From the human T2T-CHM13v2.0 reference genome, Homo sapiens: 64,000 nt of DNA. A program made the position numbers and the translations under genes. Where the stretch lies: assembly GCF_009914755.1 (NCBI RefSeq), contig NC_060933.1. One strand, given 5' to 3'. Below are positions 38,882 through 58,122 of the stretch, piece by piece; position 1 is the first letter of the stretch, and each line of letters opens with the position of its first letter. The notes under the pieces are model-generated. The model was not told the origin of the DNA, searched no databases, and saw nothing but the letters and a program-made list of their open reading frames with translations.

Positions 38882-39423
38882 TGAAATTCTTACAAACACC
38901 CAGCAGATGAAAAATTGAGCTAAATATTTTCTAGCTCATTCATCAGTGATTTGCTGTGACATCATGGACCAACAATTTTATTTTTCTGTACCTTTGCTAT
39001 TCTCATTCCCACTAAAGAAATGATAAATTTTCAACAATATATGACAGGAGAACAGAAATGAACTGAATGAAAAAAGTGCCTAACACCAAAACATCTCCTG
39101 TTAATCATAGTTATTATGAGCAGTATGTGTTTGTACTTTATATCTTCTACCTACCCCCAACCCCACCATTCCACAGAAAACTAATGCTGCATTATTCACT
39201 TCACAAATGTAATTATCAACAAATTCCATCACTAATTTGACCACTGCTTTTATTCACCAAAAATGTAAACCAGGAATCATTTGTGTCACAGAGACTGAGG
39301 CAACCTAGCTTACCACCAGTTGTGTTTGTTGATGTTGTTGTTGTTTTAATTTTGCAGCACATGTGAAAACACACATGGATCATGGACAGTACAAAACTTA
39401 AAAATCTGCTCATGAAATTTTAC

Positions 39424-39519
39424 CTGTCCATGGATATCTCCACACACTGTTACTGGTGTTGATACTGGCTGAACATTTGACTCTTCTAAGAGGAGGTCAC
39501 AAACGTAGTCACATAGCCG
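39424..39519 (-). CDS. PPP6C: PPP6C exon 2 ([32 protein letters not shown])
   Basis: Acceptor TCTCTTTTTATAG|, donor CAG|GTAAAA, 96 nt; GDxHG motif. Confidence 0.98.
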
Positions 39520-39783
39520 CTATAAAAAGAGAAAATAAAAGGTAAACATTTACTACAACATTAAAACTAAAGATAAAATACCAAAAAAGAAAAATACCAG
39601 GTCTAATACTTACAAAACCCAAGTATACTTTTTGATAGGAAAGTACCCTGTGATAATTCGGGGGTTGGATTTCTGTCAGCTGTCACACAGAATTCTTAAT
39701 GCAATGCAAACTACCTACAGAGACACTAAGGTTCTAGGAGACAGACAGCTTTACAAGAACTGTAAAATGATGTTTTTCACCAA

Positions 39784-39855
<72 letters not shown>
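39784..39855. repeat. Compound (CA)n(TA)n microsatellite
   Basis: Directly visible. Confidence 0.97.
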
Positions 39856-40217
<362 letters not shown>

Positions 40218-40224
40218 TAAAAAA

Positions 40225-41056
40225 TAAATTGCAAACCACACACTTACCATTTGACCCAGCAACTGTAGTCTTGGCAATAAAAACATGTTCAAAATCTGTA
40301 TATAAATACTCGCAGAAGCCTAATGCATCATAGCCCAAAACTAAAAACAAATCAGATATCCTTCAATGAGTGAATGGTTAAACACATTTTGGTACATCCA
40401 CACCATGTAATACTACTCAGCAATAAAAAGAAACGAATACTGCCACACAACAACCTGGATTCATCTCAAGGCATTTATGTTGAGTGAAAAAAATGAAACA
40501 ACAGAAAACTGTCCCAAAAGGTTATATACTGTATAATTCCATTTATATAACCTTCTTTTTTTCCCTTTTTTTTTGAGACAGAGTCTTGGTCTGTTGCCCA
40601 GGCTGGAGTCCAGTAGCACAATTTCAGTTCACTGCAAACTGCCTCCCAGTTCAAGTGATTCCCTTGCCTCAGTCTCACAAGTACCTGGGATTACAGGCAC
40701 ACACCATCATGCCCAGCTAATTTTTGTATTCTTAGTAGTTTCACCATGTTGGTCAGGCTGGTCTCAAACTCCCAACCTCAGGTGATCTGCCCGCTTCGGC
40801 CTCCCAAAGTGGTGGGATTACAGGCATTGAGCCACTGCACTCGGCCGTGTTTACACATTCTTGAAATGACAAAATTAAAGAAATGGAGAACGGATTAGTT
40901 GTTGTCAGGGGTCCAGCAGTTGCAGGAAGGAAGTGGGTGTGGCTATAAAAGGGCAACATGAGGAATTCTTGTGATGATGGACCTGTTCTGTATTTTGACT
41001 ATAGAGTTGGATACATGAGCCCTTACCCAATAAAACTGCAAAGAACTGAATACACA

Positions 41057-41104
<48 letters not shown>

Positions 41105-41270
41105 CACAAACACAAGTAAAACTGAAGAAATCTGAACATCATGAGGTGATGATCTTGGGTTGTACCTAAAGATCATGAGTTGTATCAGTGTCAATGTTGG
41201 CTGATGTTGTATTGGTTGTGGCATTACACTATAGTTCTACAAAATGTTACCACTGGGGAAAACTGGGTTA
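40225..41270 (+). mobile_element. Old L1M (L1MC-like) 3' fragment with nested Alu and (CA)n
   Basis: ACCATTTGACCCAGCAA, TGGTACATCCACACCATG.AATACTACTCAGCAATAAAAAG, GTATAATTCCATTTATATAAC. Confidence 0.75.
41052..41114. repeat. Interrupted (CA)n microsatellite
   Basis: Directly visible. Confidence 0.95.
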
Positions 41271-41318
41271 TTTTGAAATAAAAAGGCTAACTATAATTAA
41301 TTATAAAATTCAAATCTA

Positions 41319-41483
<165 letters not shown>

Positions 41484-41950
41484 TCACGCCTGTAATCCCA
41501 GAACTTTGGGAGGCTGAGGTGGGTGGATCACAAGGTCAGGAGTTCAGGACCAGCCTGGCCAACGTAGTGAAACCCCGTCTCTATTAAAAATACAAAAATT
41601 AGCTGGGCGTGGTGGCAGGTGCCTGTAATCCTCAGCTGAGGCTGAGGCAGGAGAATCACTTGAATCTGGGAGGCAAAGGTTGCAGTGAGCCGAGATTGCA
41701 CCCATTGCACTCCAGCCTGGGCAGCAGAGAGACTCCCTCTCAAAAAAAAAAAAAAAAAAAAAAAAAGTAGCCAGGCGTGGGGTGCACAGCTGTAATCCCA
41801 GCTACTCGGGAGGATGAGGCAAGAGAATCGCTTGAACCCAGGAGACAGAGGTTGCCGAAAACCGAGGTCGCGCCACTGCACTCCAGCTTGGGAAACAGGG
41901 TGAGACTCTTTCTCAAAACAAACAAACAACAACAACAACAAAAAAGATGA

Positions 41951-42189
<239 letters not shown>

Positions 42190-43109
42190 TGATCCACCCG
42201 CCTCGGCCTCCCAAAGTGCTGGGATTACAGGCGTGAGCCACCGCACCCAGCCAAGCCATTCTTTTTGTTAAAGGAACTCTAAATGTTTGCACTTCAAAAA
42301 TATTTGTCCACTGAAAGTAATCAAACCAAAAAATGTCATAGAAAGCATATGATTCTCACACCAACGTTCTGGAAAAGGAAGTATACATCCCTGCTATATA
42401 CAGGGAACTGGAGGTCTCAGGTGGAACCTTCCTTCCTACCTGAGACCAGTTTGTACTATTGCCAAAGGCTTATTGGATTTTACGATAGGTCTGCCAAGAA
42501 AGGAGAAATTAAACTAACAAGCATAATGAAATCACTTAAACATTAATTAAGGAATCTAAATGCTATAATCTCATTAATATATGAGAAACACTTTAACAGT
42601 TACAGCTACAACAATAGCTACACAGTAGCAAGAACAGAACTCAATGGGAGTGGGAGGGGGGAAAAAAGGGCTCCCAAAAGACAATGAGGGGAAATAGAGT
42701 TGTTAATTTCCTAAACATTATACAAAAAATCAGAAAACTTCAAAATAAAATGATTTGCCTTCATTCCTAGGGTAAGTTCCTGATCTTAAAATAGCACCTC
42801 AAAGGCAAGATCTTCTTTTTGGCCTGGAATCCTTCTGGCCTTGAGTCCCTGGGTAGCTAGCTCCTGTTTGTGTTGAATTTTCCACACCTATATGCTTCAA
42901 CAAATCAATCCATGGTCCTGCCATATAGTACATCCATCACTCATTAAAAAAAATAACAAAAACAGGCCAGCCGTGGTGGCTCACACCTATAATTCCAGCA
43001 CTTTAGGAGGCTCAGGCAGGTGGATCATTTGAGGTCAGGAGTTCGAGACCAGCCTAGCCAACATAGCAAAACCCTGTCTATACTAAAAAATACAAAAATA
43101 AGCTGGTCA

Positions 43110-43245
<136 letters not shown>

Positions 43246-43693
43246 CTAAAAAAAAGAAAAACAGGCCAGGTGTGTGGCTCACATCTGTAATCCCAGCACT
43301 TTGGGAGGCCGAGGCAGGTGGATCACCTGAGGTCAGGAGTTCAAGATCAGCCTGGCCAACATGGTGAAACCTCATCTCTACTAAAAATACAAATACTTAG
43401 CTGGGCGTGGTGGCAGGGCGCTGGTAATCCTGTACTTGGGAGGCTGAGGCAGGAGAATTGCTTGAACCCAGGAGCAGAGTTTGCAGTGAGCCAAGATCAC
43501 GCCATTGCACTCCAGCCTGGGTGACAGAGTGAGACTCTGTTTCAAAAAAAAACAAAAACAAAAGCAAAAAATAGATGCTGGTGAGTGAAACAATGTTTCT
43601 GAACTTTGAGCCTTAAACTTTATACTGAAAGATGTTCTCGAAGGTTCCATCAGAATTATAAAATTCTGGTTTGCATTAGAAATTACCTACGCC

Positions 43694-44006
<313 letters not shown>

Positions 44007-44114
44007 CTACACCAAATTTCTCACTTGACTTAGATAATAAAAGATGTTACTTAATCTTAGCAACAGATCTAGAATCCAAGTTTCCTACCACTTTCCACTA
44101 CATTATATTGAATA

Positions 44115-45320
44115 TTTAGTTGTTCAATGCAACAAATATTTATGGAGTGCCTGGTATGTTACCAGGTATTGTTCTAGATACAAAGTAAATAGCAACAACC
44201 AAAACAGACTAAAAGCTCTGCTCTCAAGGGGCTTACATTCTAATAGAATGAGACAGACAATAAATAAGTAAAATATATAACAGTAATTTGTCACATAGTA
44301 ATATCAAGGAAGTATAGAGCAAACAGACACACTAGAAGAGGGATGGGGTGCTGGGGTGGAGAGTAGGTGCTGTTATTTTAAACAGGGAGAGTATGGAAGC
44401 CTTACTGATAAAGTGAATTTTGAGCAAAACTCTAAAGGAGGTAAGGCTATGGGGACACAATACTACAGGCAGAGAAATAAAGACCAAAAGTCCTGATGTG
44501 AAGCATGCTTGTGTCTAAGAAACATCATCAAGGCTGGTGTGTTTAGAGTAAACTGAATGAGAAGAAAAACAGGAGAGCATCACAGAATTATTTAGGTCAC
44601 TGGTGGTGAAAATAAGGACCTGGGCTTCTACTGAGTGTAACGGGAAGCCATTAGAAGTTCTAGAGCAGAAGACTGACATGATATTAAGTCAGCTGTTTTG
44701 AAAACAAACTGGCCAGGCGTGGTGGCTCACACCTATCATCCCAGCACTTTGGGAGGCCGAGGTGAGCGTATCACTTGAGCTCAGGAGTTCGAGACCTGCC
44801 TGGGCAACAATGGCAAAACCCAGTCTCTACAAAAAATACAAAAACTAGCTGGGCGTGGTGGCATGTGCCTGAAGTCCCAGATACTTGGAAGGCTGAGGTG
44901 CAAGGATCGCTTGAGCCCGGGAGGTCAAAGCTGCAGTGAGGTGAGACTGTGCCACTGCACTCCAGCCTGGGTCACAGAGCGAGACCCTTTCTCAAAATAA
45001 CAAGAAAAGAGAAAATGGATTGATGGTGGTGGAGGGGTGGCTGGGCTGGGGTTGGAATTGGGACAAAGGAGTAAGCAGGGAGATCAGTTAAGTGTCTTCT
45101 ATAATAATCTAGGTAAAAGTTAACTGGCTTGGACAGGGTAGTAGAAGTAGAAAATAGGGAAAATAGATTCCAGATGTTATCTGAATGTAGCATCTGCTAG
45201 ATTTATGACCAGCTGGATACAGGGTGTTAAGAGAAAGTAAAGAATCAAGGATGACGCGGGATTTCTGGCTTAAACAATTAGAAGGCTGGAAATAATCATT
45301 ACTGAGACAGTTACAACTCC
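44115..45320 (-). mobile_element. L2 3' fragment with nested Alu
   Basis: CAACAAATATTTATGGAGTGCCT..CTGCTCTCAAGGGGCTTACATTCTA..GGGAAGCCATTAGAAG..AGAATCAAGGATGAC. Confidence 0.7.
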
Positions 45321-45349
45321 AGGGAAAGTAGATTTTTTTATTGTGTTTT

Positions 45350-47725
<2,376 letters not shown>

Positions 47726-47804
47726 AGCAGATTGTTTTGATTTGTTTAGGTTTGGTTTGGAGGGTGGGGAACTATGAATATAATTTTTTATTTTTATTTA
47801 TTAG

Positions 47805-48305
<501 letters not shown>

Positions 48306-48778
48306 TAAAACAACTATTGCAACATAATTCACCTACATAAAATGCATCCCTTTGAAGGGTAAGAGTCAATGGTTTTCATTATATTCACAGTGGTGGCAAC
48401 CATCACCATAATCAATTTTAGGACACTTTCATCACCCCAAAAAGAAACCATATACACATTAGCAGTCACTCCCCTCATCCCCATACCAACACCCCACAGC
48501 CCTATGTATTACCTCATAAATAATAATAATCACAACCTTGACCACAACCACTCAATCCAGTTAGTCCTTGTGGATAGACGGCTGTCTTTCCAGTCAATTT
48601 CAAAATATCAGTGTTGCACAGCATCCTACTTCTATTAATAATCCATTAGACCTATGATACATATTTATTTTTATAATAATTAGCATCCAAAGTTTGCAAC
48701 CTATTTGCATTAAAGAACAAATATGCCAGGAACTGATGAATGATTCTAAGTTTGGCCTGTAATTTTTTCTTTTTTTGA

Positions 48779-48886
<108 letters not shown>

Positions 48887-49639
48887 TAGCTGGGATTACG
48901 GCACACGCCACCATGCCTGGTTAATTTTTGTATTTTTAGTAGAGACAGGGTTTCGCCATGTTGGCCAGGCTGGTCTCAAACTCCTGACCTCAGGTGATAC
49001 ACCCACCTTAGCCTCCCAAAGTGCTGGGGTTACAGGCGTGAGCCACTGTGTCTGGCCGGTTCCCATATTTCAATGTGCCAGAATTTTCGCTGACATGTAA
49101 CTGGTTCTCCTAGTCCATAAGGCCTCCTAAACTTGAAGTCATCCCTGGTTATCACCCCATACACTATGTGCTAGCCTGAAAATAACAGTGGACTATAAAC
49201 TGAAGAACATCGCTGTGAAACTCTGTCAATCTGAAAGATTGAGTGTCTGGAGAACACGTGTAAACTACCTAGCAGCAGCCTTCAACCAGGGCCCAGGCAC
49301 ACTAACTAGAGTAAAATTACAGCTGCGTCCTACGACTGCCACCTCTGCTGACCCCAACTGAGGATTTAGAGAGCTATGTCTCTAAGCCAAAGCTATTGCC
49401 TCTCATCTCTAGTTTGGCAGTAGCTTACAAATCGCTATCACGCGCACACAAAAATAAGAAGTCTATGCAATCTCACTATAAACGCTACGTGACTCAATCA
49501 ACTACACTCACAGCGGCCTCAAAGAGCCCTGCCTTGTCATCATAGTAAAGACACATGCTCCTCTCCTCCCAAACCCTTTACAGCTTTATCCCAAATTTAG
49601 GGTAAACTATACCCCTTTCTCCTCATCGTGCCCAAATAT

Positions 49640-50410
49640 TTTTTCTTTCTTTTTTTGTGTTCTGTTTTCTATTTATTTATTTTTTATTATACTTAAGTTC
49701 TGGGACACATGTGCAGAACGTGCAGGTTTGTTACTTAGGTATCCACGTGCCATGGTGGTTTCCTGCACCCATCAACCCATCATCTACAATCGGTATTTCT
49801 CCTAATGATATCCCTCCCTTTACCCCGGACCCCCTGACAGGCCCCAGCATGTGATGTTCCCCTCCCCTCTGCCCATATGTTCTCATTGTTCAACTCCCGC
49901 TTACGAGTGAGAACATGCGGTGTTTCGTTTTCTGTTCCTGTGTTAGTTTGCTGAGAATGATGGTTTCCAGCTTCATCCATGTCCCTGCAAAGTATTCCAT
50001 GGTGTATATGTGCCACATTTTCTTTAACCAGTCTATCATCGATGGGCATTTGAGCTAGTTCCAAGTCTTTGCTATTGTGAATAGTGCTGCAGTAAACATG
50101 CAAGTGCATGCATCTTTATAGTAGAATGATTTATAATCCTTTGGGTATATACCCAGTAATGGGATTGCTGGGCCAAATGGCATTTCTAGTTCTAGATCCT
50201 TGAGGAATCGCTACACTGTCTTCCACAACAGTTGAACTAATTTGCACTCCCACCAACAGTGTAAAAGTGTTCCTATTTCTCCAAATCGTCTCCAGCACCT
50301 GTTGTTTCCTAACTTTTTAATGATTGCCATTCTAACTGGCGTGAGATGGTATCTCATTGCGGTTTTGATTTGCATTTCTTTAATGACCAGTGCTCTTTTT
50401 CATATGTTTG
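49640..50410 (-). mobile_element. L1PA (L1PA7/8-like) 3' fragment
   Basis: AAGTTCTGGGACACATGTGCAGAACGTGCAGGTTTGTTAC..GGGTATATACCCAGTAATGGGATTGCTGG; imperfect TSD GTGCCCAA.TA.TTT at 49628 and 50411. Confidence 0.88.
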
Positions 50411-50994
50411 GTGCCCAACTACTTTCTAATCCTTGAACAGGAAGGGGTTCATAGCCATCATTCTTAGCAGACCTCTATGTCTCTTCTCTACCTTTTCCTC
50501 AAGACATTTGTTCACAGTTCCATTCTATTCTCTGTTCTGTCTCCCAGTTCCCTCTTGCCCTCACAAACACTGGGTTCTAAACTTTTAAAATTACTTGTTT
50601 AGTTGATCTTGTTATCTAAAACATACTACTTCCTTTATCTACTTTTACATACTGGTATTTATAAAACACTCTTAGCTTTAAAAAAAAAGATCTCACTGCC
50701 AGGTGTGGTGGCTCACACCTGTAAAATGAGCATTTTGGGAGGCCAAGGCAAGAAGATGGCTGGAGGCCCAGAGCTCAAGACTAGCTTGGGCAACATAGCA
50801 AAACCTCATCTCAACTAGCTAGCTAAGTAACTAACTAAATAAATATCTAGCTAACATTATATTTCACACAGTCTTTATATAAAGTCTCTACTATAATACA
50901 GATCACTGGGAATGAGAAGTTAGAAATCTGGAATGACCATGATATTCACACGCTTATGATCCAGAAGGTAGTATCTGTATCCTCAGGCCAGATC

Positions 50995-51208
50995 AGAGTT
51001 TCTCAACCATGGCACTACTAATTATTCATTGCAGGGGACTGCTTGCTGTCTTGTGGATGTTTAGCAAAATCTCCGACATCTACGCCTACTAGATACCCAT
51101 AGTAACTTCCCACCCCTCCCCTGACCCAGCTGTGACAACCAAAAATGTCTCCAGACACTGCCAAAAATTCTTTGGGGGGCAAAATTGCCCCCAGTTGAGA
51201 ACGACTGG
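50995..51208 (-). mobile_element. MER20 hAT-Charlie DNA transposon
   Basis: GTGACAACCAAAAATGTCTCCAGACACTGCCAAA..GGGGGGCAAAATTGCCCCCAGTTGAGAAC. Confidence 0.82.
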
Positions 51209-52505
51209 TCTAGATCTTTCTCCTGCGTTTAATACTATTAGAACAGTGTTTAGAGCACATTTGGCAATCAACAAGTAGTTGTTATCTAAGTAACATAAGT
51301 ATCCAAGAGTAATTCTGGACACCTCTATCTCAATGTCTTAGCTTGGCAGCATCTCAAACTCAATATGGCCCAAACCAAACTTCCCGTATTCCTTAATCTA
51401 GTTATAGTACTAAGTAATCCTTGCCAGAAACTAAAAAATTATGCTAAACTCTCTTCATCATAACCTAGACCAAATCTGTTAACAGGTGCCACTATACCTT
51501 CTTCATTTCCTTTCCAACACAACAATCACTTATCATTGCCTTATCTCAGACTCTCATATCACCGGGCCTACTGCTTCTATGACATTTTTCCTGCATTCCA
51601 ATCCATGGTCCACAATGCTGCCAGAATAAACATTTCAAAAGCCTACTGTCATTCTCCTTCTTAAAAACTCCTCAAGCGTATTCCTCCATTTATGGCAGTG
51701 TTTCCCAAACACCAAATACCATTTTCATTATTTTGTCATATTCCTACCACATACAACAGTGTATCCCTGTAATAATTTTCTTTGAATCTACTTTTATTTT
51801 TAGTTAGCTACATTTTAAACAGTATCACGAATCACAGTATGATTTTTCCCTAAAATATAAAAACATTTCATAGTGTTCATGCACCACCTAAAAAATAACA
51901 ATCTAAGTTTAACAGCCTACTCTTCTATGATTTGGCATCTTTCTTTCCAGTACCACCTCCAGCCATACCAAACCACTTCAAGTTCCCCGAACCAGCCATG
52001 TTCTTGCAAATTACATTATACTATTGCACATGGTGTTTATTCTGTTTGCATGTTCTTTCCTTCTCATTTTGTCTACCTGAACTCTGCCCCTCGTAACTGC
52101 TCCTTTATGAAATCATCTCTGACTCTAAAGTTACATACTGCTTCTTCTGTTTGCCAACACCCTGGTCAGCCTCTATTACAGTCTTTGTTTACCTCCTTAC
52201 CTCCCTTACTATATTGAAAGCCCCTCAAAGGCAGACACAAGTATCCAATTCTGCCCCTGGCACCCACAGGGAACAGTACTCAACACAAGGAACCATGTAA
52301 ATAAGTGTTTGTTGGCTGGGCACAGTGGCTCACACCTATAATCTCAGCATTTTGGGAGGCCAAGGCAGGAGAATCACCTGAAGCATTTGGGACCAGCCTG
52401 GACAGCATAGCAAGACGCTATCCCTTAAAAAAATTTTTTTTTTGCCAGGCGCGGTGGCTAACGCCTATAATCCCTGCACTTTGGGAGGCCAAGGCGGGTG
52501 GATCA

Positions 52506-52744
<239 letters not shown>

Positions 52745-53387
52745 TCAGCTGGGCACACTATTGCACACCTGTACTCCCAGCTACTTTTGAGGCTGAGGCA
52801 GAAGGATCAATTGAGCCCAGGAGTTTGAGGTTGCAGCAAGCTACAACTGCACCACTGCACTCCACCCTGGGCAGCAGACTGAGACCCTACCTCAAAGAAA
52901 AAAAAAAAAAGAAGAAGAAGAAACAAGTATTTGTCATAAAGCAGTAAACAGTTTGAGTCAATAAACCTTTACTGATTATCACATACAGGGCAGTGTTCTA
53001 AAATTGTGGAAAACACAAATAAGGAATGGCCAAACACAGTGGCTCACATCTGTAATCCCAACACTTTGGGAGGCCGAGGTGGGCGGATCACCTGAGGCCA
53101 GAAGTTCGAGACCAGCCTGGCCAACATGGTGAAACCCCATCTCTACCAAAAAATATATATATACAAAAATTAGCTGGGTGTGGTAGTGCGCACCTGTAAT
53201 CCCAGCTGAGGCAGAACTGCTTGAACCCAGGAGGTGGAGACTGCAGTGAGCTGAGATGGTACCACTGTACTCCAGCCTGGGCAATAGAGTTAGATTCAGT
53301 CTCAAAAAAAAAAAAAAAAAAAAAACCTCAGGTAAACATGTCACCCTTAAGAACTGTCCAAGAGATTAGACAACCTCCAAGTTATAG

Positions 53388-54099
<712 letters not shown>

Positions 54100-54787
54100 T
54101 CATCTGAGGTGAGGAGTTCGAGACCAGCCTGAACAACATGGGGAAACCTGGTCTCTACTAAAAATACAAAATTAACTGGGCGTGGTGGCACATGCCTGTA
54201 ATCACAGCTACTCAGGAAGGCTGAGGCAGGAGAATCGCTTGAACCCGGGAGGCAGAGGTTGCAGTGAGCCAAGCTCACGCCATTGCACTCCACCCTGAGC
54301 AACAAGAGCGAACAAACAAACAAAAACAGTTATGTAGATTTGATCCAGTACTAGTGATGTGACCATTTCCAACTTAGCGAAACAGAAATTGTGATTAAAT
54401 CTGGAACATCGTATGCATTTAGTATTTTATCTTCTAATCAATTTAAAACACAAGTAAATTTCTGTCTTCTTTTCTACAGAACAAATCTTTTCCATCTTGC
54501 TCATTAAGTGGCCTCAATGATTACTTTTCTTAATAGAATGTTTTATTTTGCCTTTACAGCCTCAGAAAAAGTACTCCTGGCATACTTTCTTGGCCTAATT
54601 TTAGGTTGCACTTCATGCCAAGAAACAGAAAAAAATTAAATTTCTTTAAATACACCAGAGATGAGCAACACAACAAATTAATCTGATAAAAGCATTTCCA
54701 AGACAGAAAAAAAAGTCTCTACCTATAAAGAAAAATTCAGAATACTTTTGTCTTGGTTGCCCAAAACATATATTTTTAAGTTTATTA

Positions 54788-54937
<150 letters not shown>

Positions 54938-55214
54938 TTAGCTGGTCATGGGGGCATGTGCCTGTGGTCCCAGCTTCTCAGGAGGCTAAGGTGGGAGGAC
55001 TGCCTGAGCCCAGGAGGTCGAGGCTGCAATGAGCCATGATTGTGCCACCACACTACAGCATGGGTGAGAGTGAGACCATGTCCCCGCTCCCCCACCAAAA
55101 AAAAGATTAAAAATTTTTTTAAGAAAAAAAAAGAAACAAATACAAGTCAAGTACAATGCAGCTATGTTTCAACAAGAAATAAAATGGTCTAAAAATTGTA
55201 CTTCCTTAAGGTAA

Positions 55215-55632
<418 letters not shown>

Positions 55633-56440
55633 TGAGACAGAGTCTTGCTCTGTCTCCCAGGCTGGAGTACAGTGGTGTGATCCCGGCTCACTGCAAGCAA
55701 TTCTCCCGGGTTCAAGCCATTCTCCCTGCCTCAGCCTCCCAAGTAAGTAAACTGGGATTACAGGCACCTACCACCATGCTCGGCTAATTTCTGTGTTTTT
55801 AGTAGAGAGGGGGTTTCACCAAGTCGGTCAGTCTGGTCTCAAACTCCTGATCTCAAATGATCTGCCCACCTCAGCCTCCCCAAGTACTGAGATTACGCCA
55901 CTGTGCCCTAGACACATTTTCATAAAAAGCAACATTTTATTCATCATAAACACAAAGTTCAAAAAAGCTTTATGCATGATAAATAAGAAGAAAAAATTCC
56001 ATGTCAATTCACTGACATGCAATAGTCAACCTCACCTATGGGATTAATAATGCTACTAAGAGGTCTGGTTAGTTTTCCATGAATTGGGTCCCAATGCTAG
56101 TTGTATTCTTATTCCCTTAAAAAAACCACATAGCAGAAAGAAGCCACAAAAGGAATGTCTGAAGGACTCAGATGAGCACAAATGCTACATTACTACTAAC
56201 GAAGGCTGTCCTTATTTGAAATTATTCTATTAAAAACGGGAAAATGCACAAGAATGACTCCCCTATCATATGCCACATAAAATTAACAGGTAAGTACAAT
56301 TCAGTCACATTCACAACAGCACGTGTGGCCTCAAATATTATGCATACTTGTTGACTGATGTTAAGTATCAACTTACTGTACAAAGAAGAAATAAAACAAA
56401 ACCCACAGTAATATATTTCCTTAAGAATACACTGAGTCGG

Positions 56441-56784
<344 letters not shown>

Positions 56785-56824
56785 CTAAGCTCTGATTTCA
56801 GCAAATGCATAGAAACACTTTTCA

Positions 56825-57113
<289 letters not shown>

Positions 57114-57130
57114 CTATCTCAGTTAAAAAC

Positions 57131-57157
57131 AATAATAATAATAATAATAATAATAAT
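57131..57157. repeat. (AAT)n microsatellite derived from an Alu tail
   Basis: Directly visible. Confidence 0.9.
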
Positions 57158-57255
57158 TAAAAAGTTTTAAAAAAGAAAAGCAGTATACCAAAGTCATTCC
57201 TTTACCCATACATACATTTACTCTTACTTGGACTCAGGAGTAACAAGGAACTCAC

Positions 57256-57284
57256 CTCCTTTAGAAAACGAAGAAAATGAAATA
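57256..57284 (-). CDS. PPP6C: PPP6C alternative 29-nt microexon ((V)FHFLRFLKE), long isoform
   Basis: Acceptor CCCCTTCTTAACTCAG|, strong donor GAG|GTGAGT; restores frame into exon 2. Confidence 0.72.
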
Positions 57285-57898
57285 CTGAGTTAAGAAGGGG
57301 TTAAGGAGAAAGTATTTGTATTTATTGAGAACCAACTACTTTATCCACTTCAGTAAGCTCAACAACATACTCAGAAACGGGATTCACCTCTGAATTAGCA
57401 AAACCGACGATCCTAAAAAGCAATTTGGAGGAGTGGCAATGAAGAGGGACGACCTGACGTTCGCTCCCGCCAGTACCAAACCACTCGGGCCCACCGCCTT
57501 CCCCTTCCTCAGAGACCTAAACACACTGAGGCCGCGTTCCGGTAGCCGGTGGCATCTCCTGTCAGACGCCGGCCACTCCGCGCTCCTGTCACCTCCGGTG
57601 GAGGCGACCCCATCCCGAGGGCACTGCCGCGGGGGCTCGGCTCCGACTGCGGGAGACCCAGGGATGGGGTGGGGAGCCGAGCCTTCTAAATAAAGCTGTT
57701 ACAGCTGCGGGTCCTGGGGCAGCCCGAAGGCCAGAAGGGGCGACCCTGGGACAGAGGCCGCGACATCCCTCGGGATCCCCACTGAGGCAACCGGGACAGC
57801 ATTCGACGACTCGGCTCGCGAGACCCTCGGCGTGACGCCGGGTAGGACCGGGTCGACTGGCAATGGGGGAGGCCCTCCACCGCGACTGGACTGGATAC

Positions 57899-57980
57899 CC
57901 GGCGGGGGTCCTGGAGAAAGGAAGGGCCGGCCGGCGGGCGCCCCACAGCCGGAAGGGGCGAGCCCGCAAATAGGGCTCAC
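57899..57980 (-). CDS. PPP6C: PPP6C alternative exon-1 extension ([27 protein letters not shown]), long isoform
   Basis: Frame stays open past the canonical donor; alternative donor CGG|GTATCC after 57899; 82 nt, which with the 29-nt microexon gives 111 nt (37 aa), matching my recollection of a 342-aa isoform. Confidence 0.7.
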
Positions 57981-58055
57981 CTTCAGGTCGTTCTCTGGCA
58001 GGTACTTGCACAGCCGCGCTATTTCCACATACTTGTCCAGGTCTAGCGGCGCCAT
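57981..58055 (-). CDS. PPP6C: PPP6C coding exon 1 ([25 protein letters not shown])
   Basis: AAAATGG start at 58055, donor AAG|GTGAGC; 75 nt. Seven exons sum to 918 nt = 305 aa + stop. Confidence 0.98.
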
Positions 58056-58071
58056 TTTAAGAATAACAAGC

Positions 58072-58122
58072 CGCGGCAACAGCGGCGGCGGCGGCTGTAG
58101 CAGCGGCGGCGGCAGCGGCGGA
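58072..58122 (-). repeat. Interrupted (GCC/CCG)n trinucleotide tract in PPP6C 5'UTR
   Basis: agcggcggcggcggctgtagcagcggcggcggcagcggcgg on plus strand. Confidence 0.85.

Noticed and set aside
42389-42451. Hairpin GGTCTCAGGT..ACCTGAGACC as pre-miRNA
   Set aside because: Stem of ~14 bp is too short and plausible by chance.
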